The position numbers and the translations under genes are program-made. Source: Selaginella moellendorffii (taxonomy: Eukaryota; Plantae; Lycopodiophyta). Taken from it: a DNA stretch of 64,000 nt. Under the pieces are notes generated by a model, which saw only the letters and a program-made list of their open reading frames with translations, ran no database searches and was not told the DNA's origin. Positions 26,396 to 36,896 of the stretch are shown here, in pieces. Each line of letters begins with the position of its first letter. The first letter of the stretch is position 1. The stretch spans positions 248,001 through 312,000 of the forward strand of contig NW_003314317.1 of assembly GCF_000143415.4 (NCBI RefSeq). The letters are read 5' to 3'.

Positions 26396-28499
26396 GAAAA
26401 TGAATGAAAAAGAAAGAGCAAAAGAAGAGAAATGACAAAAAGCTGGAAAGAAATGGTAGATCTAGACAATGCAAAAAGCTAGATCTAAACCAAAATCCTG
26501 AAAGGAAAGAACAAAAGAAAGGAAATGGAAAAAGCTAGATCTAGACAATGCAAAAGCTAGATCTAAACCGAAATCCCAAATCCAAGCACTCCCCAGGGAC
26601 AATCAAAGGTGCCCCTCAACTCCACCAATGTGAGTGCATGGAATATGGAAAGGGAATACAGAAATGTGCATATCAATTAGCCCAAAAACCCTAGCTTATA
26701 TACAGGAGCAAGTGGTCCGGATTGAAACCAATCCGACGGCTACCAAAATCCCACTACGCTAATATTAGTATACGGCATCGTAGCCGTACACTTGTCCCTC
26801 ACACCATCACATTTATAAGCACAATAATAACCTTGAATTCAAACTTATATATAAAATTTAAGAGCTCAACCTCAAAATCTAGTTTGGAGCACCAAAATTC
26901 CAATTGCAATAATTTAGATTGATATAAAAAATATCAACTTTCAAGTTTATAGACAAATTTGACATATCGATATTAATGCAACAACACCAATTCAACTCGT
27001 TATAATTTTTCGATTTTCATTTTTTTTTCTTTTAATTTTGTTGCATTTTTGTCCTTGGTGGCTTTGTACTTCTTGAGTTTCTTGTTGTGAAGCTTCGATG
27101 ATTTCTTGAACTTCTCTTGGGATTATTTCGATGATGATTATGGATTGATTTTGTAGTTTAGTTATGGGAATTTTGGTGATTATGATATTTCTCATCTTTG
27201 AATGCAAGATACAAGAAGACTCCTGAAGGCACTCAAGAATTTTCCTCTCAAATATTTTTTATAAAAATCTTCAATTTAATATACAACAATCAAAATAAAG
27301 AAAACCATATACCAATACATTCAAGAATCATCCCTTATAAAAAATTTATAGGAAAACAAAATAAAACAAAACTTTATATATGGAGACTTATCCTCAAACT
27401 TTCTTGGATCTCCCATGTCTATCTAGATCAAGAATACGTTTGCCAAAAAAAAAAAACACAATAACATATACAAGATAAAATCAATCGAATTTATGAGAGA
27501 CTATTGACTTTTCTACTTCAAGAAATAAAAAATATCATTGGAAAAAAATTCTTTCAAGGATATATCATACCTATAAGTATAGCCATACACAAATTACCTA
27601 GTGAAGAAATATGAAATGGAATTTAGGGTAAAAAACAATGGATACACTTATAAACCTTTAAGCTTTTAGCTAAAGTAATTTGCTAGAACCATTATTTCGA
27701 CACATGAATAATGATCAAAGATAGAAGAATACAAGAACCAAAGATTTAAAAACCTGTTTTGACATCAATATCAAGGACAACACTTTAAATACAATCACTA
27801 CTTAACTCAAATTTTTTGAATATCACCATCGACTGGAAAGCACGGACACTCATAGTGAGGATGCAAAAGATTAAACACATCACAATTAAAAGTACGCCAC
27901 AAATACTTTTAAAAAATTTAACACAACAAGGACTTGTAAAAAGAGTATCCATAATATGCACTCTTGTTTAATCCCAAAGTTGGCGAGCAGTGACTTTGTT
28001 GAAGATTGATCAAATTTATCGAGCTGAATATGACATAGCAATACAAATACCAACACATAAAATCGTGTTAGTCTACATAACACAATTCTATAACAATACA
28101 ATATTTCCTTGAAAAGAATACAACATACCAAAGACTAGTAGACACACTCAAGAAATCAAACTCAAGACAACGAATTTAAGAAAACAAATACAAAACTCTA
28201 GTAGAATACTGAATGTACACACACAAACCTAATTTGTTCAAGATACAAGAACGAGATTCATGACAACAAAAATGAGAAGATAGAAGAGAATCCTAGTAAG
28301 CATTACAAAAAAAAATGGAGCACTAAAATTCAAGAACAAATCCTTGAGAGAATATTATCAACAACTATGACAAAATAAATTAAACAACACAAGTGGGAGA
28401 ATCAAGCCAATATGATAAAAATTGAGGACTCAATAAAAGAATATTTAGAAAATTGAGAATAATATTTACCACTACTAAAGAATTTAGACTACGAAGCCT

Positions 28500-29817
28500 A
28501 CAACACCAATGACTTTCAATTATATACACGACTACTAAAAAAACAAGTTCAAACCAAAGGTAAAAAAATGGTTTTTATCAACTCAATATAGTATGCTAAC
28601 ATGATCAATTATCTAATGTTCACTAGTAACAAAATTGAAAACACCAAAAGATATTTATAACAATTCAACTTGATTATTAAAATTAACTAATAACAACATA
28701 ACAAAAAACTTTTATTCCCATTCACTCTCATTAACAAAGCACTCAAAGTTACTACAACCTTGACGAAAAACTCGAATTCATCGATAAGATAAAAAATTTA
28801 AAGAAAAATACCAACTTGAAGGAACCACAACTAAACATCTTGAACATTTCAAAAGTATCAAACAAGACAAAAAGAAGACATTGAAGATTACATATAAAAA
28901 TTCAAATAACATGCAAGACATTACAAAAACTTACTAACCAAACAAAATAAATATATTTAATATGTACAGGGTTTAAAGAAGATTTATGAATAAATGGTTG
29001 CAATGACAAGTGTCGATGACAACTTTGAAGCTAACATGATTGTTGAAGAAATTTTCAAGAAGATCAAGAATCTCAAGAAACAATTTTAAATATTCTCAAA
29101 AAGGTAATCCTCAAGAAAAAAAGACTCATCTGACAATAAAAAAGAATACAACCTTCAATACCAAAAAAAAAACAAAAAACAAAACTTTATCAAAATACTC
29201 AAGAAAGTCACAATCAATAATGAACTCAAAAAAGGAGTATGGTGTATTAAATGCAAAAATGATAGATATATCACAATAAAATATAAGTTTTAAATTCCTA
29301 AATGCCAGATTTGTGAAAAAGAAGGATATACTACGAAGACCTGTTGTTATCAAGGAGTTGCAGAAGTCATACAAGTCAAGAAAATACATCCTAAACTCCT
29401 CCAATGAATCGAAGACAGTATAATCATCCTCACCAAAATCAACAACAATGGCAATCCAACTATCAAAATCAAGGTAATTATAATTCTAATTTGAGATACT
29501 AAAGAAGCTATACATATCATAACCAAAACTACAAAGATGACTAATTTACTAATAGGCTTATCAACAACCTTATCCAGAAAATTAACAATTGCCTCATACT
29601 TGAAAAAATAACTACTCAAAATTTGTTAAACACCAACACAAGCATAATCAACTTAAGTAAAGAAAATGACTGATAACACCTTAATCCACGAATTTATCAT
29701 CCAATCTAGCGACTTTGACAAAGATGTACCATGCATACCAATCCAAATAGGAAACAACAAAATTCCTCAAGCAATCATCAATGGTAGTGCAAGTGTCAAC
29801 ATTATCAAATACTCAAT
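28500..29817 (+). mobile_element. Old AT-rich Ty3/gypsy remnant (gag with two CCHC relics plus protease start); continues at 57706-58051
   Basis: VWCIKCKND and KCQICEKEGYTTKTC relics. Joining across the A2 insertion gives IPIQIGNNKIPQAIINGSASVNIIKYS/IYKVIGLRPIQLALFKVKMAN (degenerate aspartic protease). Confidence 0.7.
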
Positions 29818-31048
29818 TGTAAAGAACCAACTCGCCGAAGTGTCGTAGGCTAAAGGAGCACCGAAAGTTTGACCAAAATGATAAAGAGTTCATCGGATGA
29901 GACTAAGTCTAAGATCGAGTTAAAGACCGACTCTAAGACCGAGTTCGAGATAGAGTCCGGAATCGAGTCCGAGACCAACTCGGAGACCGAGTTCGAGTCC
30001 AAGTTCGAGACCGAGCTCGAGACGGAGTCCGAGATCCGAAATCGGGTCCGAGACCGAGTCCGAGGTCGAGTCCGAGGTCGGGTCCGAGATCGGGTCCGAG
30101 ATCGAGTCCGAGATCGAGTCCGAGACTGAATCCGAAGTCGGATCCGAGATCGGGTCCGAGATCGGGTCCGAGATCGAGTCCGAGATCGAGTCCGAGACCG
30201 AATCCGAAGTCGGATCCGAGATCGAGTCCGAGATCGAGCCAGAGACTAAATCCGAGTACTAATACGGGTCAAGGGGTGAAAGCCCAAAGCGTGCGTCTCC
30301 CCGGGGGGGGGGGCTGTAGGGGGTTCCAAAAGTATAGTAGGGATAGTGAGGTCCAGGAATCAGTTTTGAAGGGACTCTCCAGTGGGGCTTCCAAACTGAC
30401 TTGAGGTTGAGACTGGGACCGAGGGGCCTTGGGTGGGAGTGAGTATGGACTTGGTTGGTGCCGGAGGGGCCATCCAAGGAAGTGCTCAAGAGCAGCTCCC
30501 ACTCCCGAAAGGGAAACCGATTGCGGTGCTCCCGGCTTATGTGGAGTGGTGCCCCATTTGAGTACCATGCGGCTCATTGGTCCTCGCCCTTCCTAGGGGC
30601 TTGGACCTTCCCTTCGGGATGGAAGTGGGGGGCTAGAGGTACCCATACCAGGCCGTTAAGCCACGGTGTTTCACCCCGACGTCCCGAAGCAAGTGCTACA
30701 CCTAAGGCTTGGGATTTAAAGGGTCCCATGATCAAGTCTTGTTGTACTAAGGGGTGTTAGGAACCTGGAGGCTTGGTGTGCTTGGCTGCTTGTGCCTGCG
30801 GGGAGTGTAGCCGAACCTTAAGTCCAGTCTAACCCAGGGAGGGGGATTGGGAGAGATTTGGGAATCCGTAAACAGATGGCTAACACTCTGTTGCTCGTGC
30901 AGTGAGTAGCTGAACCCAAGTAGGACCAAGTAGGAGCTGGTACAATAGGCAAGAACCTTGGCAAGGGAACTTAGCACAAGCCAAGGCAGTGTTGGTCGGA
31001 TAGACGAGGTAAGCTAGCAAATTGGAAAGAAAAAATTTGTGGCTTACA
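29818..31048 (+). repeat. 5' LTR of A2
   Basis: TGTAAAG...GCTTACA, followed by the PBS. Confidence 0.95.
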
Positions 31049-31188
31049 ATTTGGTATCGGAGCCTTTTCCTTAGTTCTAGCGAAGGATAGAGGCGGATTG
31101 CTGGGAGATGGCAAGGGCAGGGCATAACTGAACCCAGGCGGAGACGGAACCTCCGCCGGAGCTGGAGCCTCCGGTTGAACAAGAGGCT

Positions 31189-32290
31189 ATGGATGAGGAA
31201 TCCTTGCATGAGGAGGGCTCTAGTGAGGAAACTTCCAAACAGGAGTCCGGTGGTGAAGTTCGGTCGTCCAAGGCTCGATTGGACGTGCTAGAAGGACAGT
31301 TGGCACAGACCAATGCCCTGTTGGAGACTCTCGTACGCAAGCTAAAGCGTGACGAGAAGCGGAAGAAAAGGCGAAAGACTACGGATGCTAGCAGCGCAGA
31401 AGGTGCGGACCCTTTGGCAGGGACTGAGGCAAAACCAGACAAGGTCGAACAGACCGAAGTGGAATTAGTCCTTCAGGCAGTTCCCAAGTACAAACCAAAG
31501 CCCCCACTGGTCTTCAAGGGAGTGAACGACTATAAGGTGGTGGAGGATTGGTTTTACGATATGGAGGACTACTTCCAAGCGTTGTGATTACCGAGCTTGG
31601 AGAAGGTCCCATGTGCAAAACCATACTTGGCAGATAATGCCAAGTTTTGGTGGAGAACAACGGAGGCCAACGAAGGACCGGTGGCCACTTGGGACATGAT
31701 GAAGGCGAGGATCCGCGCAACATACGTTCCTCCAAATGCCACTCTGCATCTGAGAGATGAGCTGAGTAGGCTGAAGCAGACTGGAACCATCCAGGAATAT
31801 GTGAATGGGTTCATGGTAAAGAGGATACTGGTCACGGACATGGGGGATATAGATGCGTTCCATACCTTCATATCAGGTTTGCAAACCTGGGCTCGCGGTG
31901 AGGTGATGCGCTGGAACCCGACCAACTACAAGGAAGCGTTGGATGCGGCCATCAAGGTGCATTTCAATGATAACCTGCGAAAGGGGAACACGATAGGGTC
32001 GGGATCCACGTTTAGCAAAGGGGCCAAACCAAGGGGAACATTTAGCAGGGGGAAATTCAAGAAGAGTTTCTCTAAGAATGAGTCCTCGGGGTTCCGGAAA
32101 GGCAAATCCGGTGGCCAGCGAGCGAGTACTTGGGGGAGTCAAGCAAAAAGAGACAAACCCACGGATAAGAAGGTCAAATTGTATAGCAGCGTGGGAAACA
32201 ACGTATGCTACAACTGCAGTGAAGCGGGACACTTTTCAAGGGAATGTCCCTACCCGAAGAAGGCCAGAGCCAATATGGCCATCAAGTCGG
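31189..32290 (+). pseudogene. gag: Gag of A2 (in-frame TGA at 31585; TRIM inserted at the 3' end)
   Basis: YLADNAKFWW, LKQTGTIQEYV and CYNCSEAGHFSREC motifs. Confidence 0.9.
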
Positions 32291-32883
32291 TGTAAGCAAC
32301 CAAAGGGAACGACTTGAGAGACGATCCATGGGGTTCAAATATAGAGGGAAAGGGCCCATGAATAAGAGTGCACCCCCTTTTCCAATCGGTTAAGGGTCTT
32401 GGGATAGTTGGAGTTAAGCGTCCTTGGGTTTGAATAGTACTGGGTTGGGTGACCTCCCGGGAAGTCCAAACTCAGGAGCTTACATTTGGTATCAGAGGGG
32501 TCTCGGGTCCGACTCTGTTGGTTGGCTAGGGGAATCACACCACATGTTGATTGACATCTGGCTGGTCCAGTTTGCTCCCGCTGGGCTCGACCCGAGGGGT
32601 AGGGTGTCAAGAGAGCGGGGCTCTCGGGAGAGCTGTGGCTCTCAGCTTCCGTTCACGAGGGCGTGAACTTGCAGGGAAGCGTGGTGGATTGTAAGCAACC
32701 AAAGGGAATGACTTGAGAGACGATCCATGGGGTTCAAATATAGAGGGAAAGGGCCCATGAATAAGAGTGCACCCCCTTTTCCAATCGGTTAAGGGTCTTG
32801 GGATAGTTGGAGTTAAGCGTCCTTGGGTTTGAATAGTACTGGGTTGGGTGACCTCCCGGGAAGTCCAAACTCAGGAGCTTACA
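32291..32883 (+). mobile_element. Complete TRIM with 5S rRNA-derived LTR segment (Cassandra-like)
   Basis: 194-bp LTRs at 32291-32484 and 32690-32883 (1 mismatch seen), TGTAAGC...GCTTACA. TSD GTCGG. PBS TGGTATCAGAG. 205-bp non-coding internal domain. Confidence 0.95.
32411..32467 (+). promoter_or_regulatory. 5S rRNA-derived Pol III internal control region (box A, IE, box C) in the TRIM 5' LTR; second copy at 32810-32866
   Basis: GAGTTAAGCGTCCTTGGG...TAGTACTGGGTTGGGTGACCTCCCGGGAAGTCC matches the 3' half of plant 5S rRNA. Confidence 0.9.
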
Positions 32884-35193
32884 GTCGGGTGAAGTCTAAA
32901 CTGAGATATGTGATCTAGTCCCTAACTCAAAGTTACTCATTACACGAGCAACTTTGGTAAAGAGTCGTTCGCGACATCTACTAGCCCTCCGAGGGAAGCT
33001 CGGAGGTAGCTTTGTTAAGATCCTTATTGACACGGGTGCTTCAGATAATTTTGTGGCTGCAGACATAGTCCGGCAAGCCGGACTAACGGTGAAGCAGTTA
33101 GGCGAACCAAGGACTATAGAGTTTGTTCAAGGTAGCCAAAGCACCAATGAGGTACTTCGACAAGCGAGAGTTGCCCCCCGCACGGCCAATAGAACATAAG
33201 ATTGAGCTGGTCAAGGGTGCTGAGATGGTGGTTCGTCCCCCCTATCGTTTGAACGAAAAAGAACTCAAGGAGCTCAAGTGCCAACTAGAGGAGTTGGTGA
33301 ACAAAGGGTATGTTAAGTTGAGCAAGTCGCCGTATGGGGCGCCGGTTTTATTTGTGAAAAAGAAAGATGGTTCTATGCGCATGTGCATAGACTACCGGTT
33401 ACTCAACAAGTATACAAAGAAAAACAAGTACCCTTTGCCAAGAATTGAGGACCTGTTCGATAGGTTAGGAAAGGCAAAATACTTCTCGAGGATTGACCTA
33501 AGGTCAGGATACTACCAGATCAGGGTAGCCGAGGAAGATGTCGAGAAGACAACTTGTTGAACGAGGTATGGGAGCTTTGAGTTTCTGGTGATGCCCTTCG
33601 GGCTATGCAATGCGCCGGCAACGTTTTTAGCGCTGATGAACCACATTTTTGTACCCTATCTAGATCACTTCATGGTCATCTATATCGACGACATCCTGAT
33701 CTATAGCGAGACGCTAGAGGAGCATGCCGAACACTTGGCGAAGGTGTTTGAGAAACTAAGGGAACACAAACTGTATGCTAAAGAGAGCAAATGTGACTTT
33801 GCTCAACAAGAGGTAAAGTTTCTCAGGCATGTGGTGGGCCAGGACGGGCTCAAGGTGGACCCGGAGAAGGTCCAAGCGATCCAGGAATGGGAACGACCAT
33901 CGAATGTACATGAGTTGAGGGCGTTCTTGGGGCTATGCAACTACTATCGAAATTTTATCAGACACTATTCGAGAGTAGCCCTGCCCTTAACGGACCAAAC
34001 AGGAAAAGGGAAAATGGTATGGACAGCAGAATGCGAGGTGGCATTTGTCCACCTCAAAGGGAAGTTGAGGAAGGCTCCCGTGATGGCATTACCGGACTTT
34101 GGTAAGGACTTTGAGGTAGAAACGGATGCTTTGGACTGTGCGTTGGGCGCAGTTTTGAAGCAAGACAACCACCCAGCAGCGTTCTTCTCGAAAAAGTTGG
34201 ACAAGGCTCAATGGAAGTGGCCTGCCCATGAGAAGGAATTGTTTGCGGTGGTCAAGGCGCTCAAGGAGTGGCGACACTACCTTGGGAGACACTTCAAGGT
34301 TTATACGGACAATGTGGCAACGAAACACTTCTTGTCACAGCCCGACCTCAGAGGGAAACAAGGTCGGTGGGCCAATGCCTTGGCCGAGTTTGATTGCAAG
34401 ATTCTGTACAAGCCTGGGAAGAGCAACATCGTGGCGGCTGCGCTAAGTCGAAAAGCGAGCTTGAGGTTGGCGATATCGAGCGCAACAACAACCTTCTAGG
34501 ACGATGTGCGGACAGCATATGAGAACGATGGTCTAGCACAAGAAGTGTTGCTGAGGAATCTAGAGGCATGGGAAGCTCACCAGAGGGGTGAGCTGCCAAC
34601 GGAAGAGAAAACGGGCTATGCGGAACGCAACGGACTCATCTATTACAAGCAAACGAGGGTGTATGTTCCAGAAGGGGAACTAAGGAAGATAGCCTTAGAA
34701 GAGTGTCATGACGGACTTCTTGCGGGACAAAGCGGAGTGCCCAAGACAATAGGCTTCCTCAAGAGGAAGTACCATTGGCCAGATATGGCTAAGGACGTCC
34801 AAGATTATATAAAGACATATCCAACATGTCAGCAGGTCAAAGCCGTGACTAAGGCTAGTGGGGGCTTGTTGCAAAGCATCCCAATTCCAGATCGTCCGTG
34901 GAAATGTCTTACGATGGACTTCATCACAGGACTTCCCCCAAACGAGGGGTTTGATGCGATATTCGTGGTGGTGGACCGATTTTCGAAAATGGCACATTTC
35001 ATACCCACCACAACGGAAGTGGATGCGGAAGGTGTGGCGAAGCTATTTTTCGAACAAGTGGTTCGAGTGCGGGGAAGGCCGGAAAAGATCATCTCAGATC
35101 GAGATAAGATCTTCACTAATAGGTTCTAGAGGACTCTCCTAGAACAGTATCGCACCAAGTTGAAATTCAACACAGCCTATCACCCACAGACAG

Positions 35194-35240
35194 GTATGGG
35201 GTATTAAGTCAAGTTTGGTGGCACTAACACTTCTTGACAG
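35194..35240 (+). other. Predicted spliceosomal intron in the integrase catalytic core
   Basis: CAG|GTATGG...CACTAAC...TTGACAG|AC, 47 bp with a canonical branch point. Excision restores AYHPQTDGQTERVN and the downstream frame. Confidence 0.88.
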
Positions 35241-35658
35241 ACGGACAAACGGAAAGGGTGAATAGGCAACTAGAGGATTATTTGCGATGCTATGTCTCGG
35301 GAGACTAGACTGATTGGGTAAGTCATTTAGGACTTGTGGAAATTTGTTATAACAACTAACCACATTCGAGTATCGGGGTGAGTCCATGGGAAGTCATCAA
35401 TGGGCGAGCTATTGAAGGTCCTGTGGAACTCGGCGTGGCCGAGTATCATGGAGTGCTACCCGCAATGGAGGCATTCATGGCGGAAAGACTCAACATTTGG
35501 AATCTAGTGAGGGATTCCTTGGAACGGGTGCAACAAAGGCAAACCAAGTACGTGAACCAGAAGCGCCGGGACGTAGAGTTCCAAGCTGGGGAGAAGGTGT
35601 GGTTGAGCACCAAGAACCTCAGGCTACCAAGTGAGATCAACCAAAAGTTGACCCAAAG

Positions 35659-35710
35659 GAAAAATTGCATGTATTCCTGTAAATGAATTGATCTTGAGTT
35701 CCTTAAGCAA
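35659..35710 (+). other. Homolog of intron 73-124 with mutated splice sites (GA...AA)
   Basis: The same 52-bp sequence lies at the same KLTQR/F position. Confidence 0.75.
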
Positions 35711-36896
35711 GTTCGCGAGGCCTTACGAGATTGAGGCTCGAATCGGTAAAGTGGCTTACCGTTTCCGACTTCCTCGAGAGATGGGGAAGATGCATCCCGT
35801 GTTCCACGTGAGCTTACTCAAGTCGTATTTTGAGGATCCGCTTCGCAAGGACCAAGTAAGACCTTTACTTGAGGTTATCAAAGGGGAAGAGGAATACGAA
35901 GTGGAGGCCATCCTCAATGCGCGCAAGAGCAAGCGACAAGGATGCGAGGTGAGAAAGTTCCATGTGAAGTGGAAAGGGTTTCCACACTGCGAAGCAACAT
36001 GGGAACCGAAGGAGAACCTAGCGAACGAACGAGATTTAGTGAAGGAATTTCTGCAAGGCAGAACTCTATGTACTTATGCAAAGTTCAATTAAAAGTATCA
36101 ATTTGAGAAGTTGAGCAATGGCATATGTTGGGACCCAAAGGCGCGCCGAAGGTAAGCTAATTAGCATGGGTTAGCTAGGTCGACCAGGCATAGGGAGCTA
36201 CGCCCAACTCCCTGCGGGGATGTCGAATCCATAGACATATTCTACGGAGGTTGGGTTCGAGTCCCAACCCCCTAGTAAAGCAAAACTGGGTTCAAGTCCC
36301 AACCCCATACTAGGATGTGGTGAGGTGAGGAGTATAGGGACACCTATATTCCGTTGTCATTGGCTCTTGGCCGGGGAGGCTAACTTAGGCACACCGCTAA
36401 GTGGGGGGATGCCCCTGGAGACATGGTCAATAAGTCGTAGGATAAAAAAGAGACAAGTTCTATTTCGTTGAAGTGGGAATTGTCATTATCCCACTTGTAA
36501 AATAAGGTTTCCAAACCTTTATATAGTATATAAATATAACAAAATTCAACTGCATTGAGGCACATGCCATTTTATTTTAAATAAGGAAATGTCTACTCAA
36601 TCACTTCTCCTCCCCCTGCCACTGCTTCACCTCTCTCTTCTCCTTGTCATCGTCGTCCAATTTCTTTCCATCCTTTTAATATTGGCTTAGTTGCTCCGAG
36701 TCTAGGTGGAGCCCAAGTCCCCATTCAATCTTTACTTTCCCCTTATTAATAAAACAACTTCGTAGACTTCCAATAACATGCTGTAACACTTCTAGTATAA
36801 TGCAAATCCTCTCAAAGAATTGTCTTTTAATATTAATACAATGGCATGGAACCCCATGCCATAATAAGTTACATTTTTAAATAAATACATGCCATC

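Larger units (their letters stand above)
21793..26803 (-). mobile_element. Near-intact non-chromovirus Ty3/gypsy element (Selgy-like)
   Basis: 175-bp LTRs at 21793-21967 and 26629-26803 (2 mismatches seen). 4-bp TSD CCAT. PBS TGGTGGAGTTGAGGGG, PPT GAGAGGAGGGGATGA. gag-PR-RT-RH-IN order, no chromodomain. Confidence 0.93.
32900..36092 (+). pseudogene. pol: Pol of A2 (PR-RT-RH-IN-chromodomain) with stops, an internal deletion after the protease, and two intron positions
   Basis: [53 protein letters not shown] and chromodomain motifs. Confidence 0.92.

Noticed and set aside
32411-32467. Functional 5S rRNA gene
   Set aside because: Only about 57 bp of the 3' half, with no 5' end or T-run terminator, embedded in LTRs.
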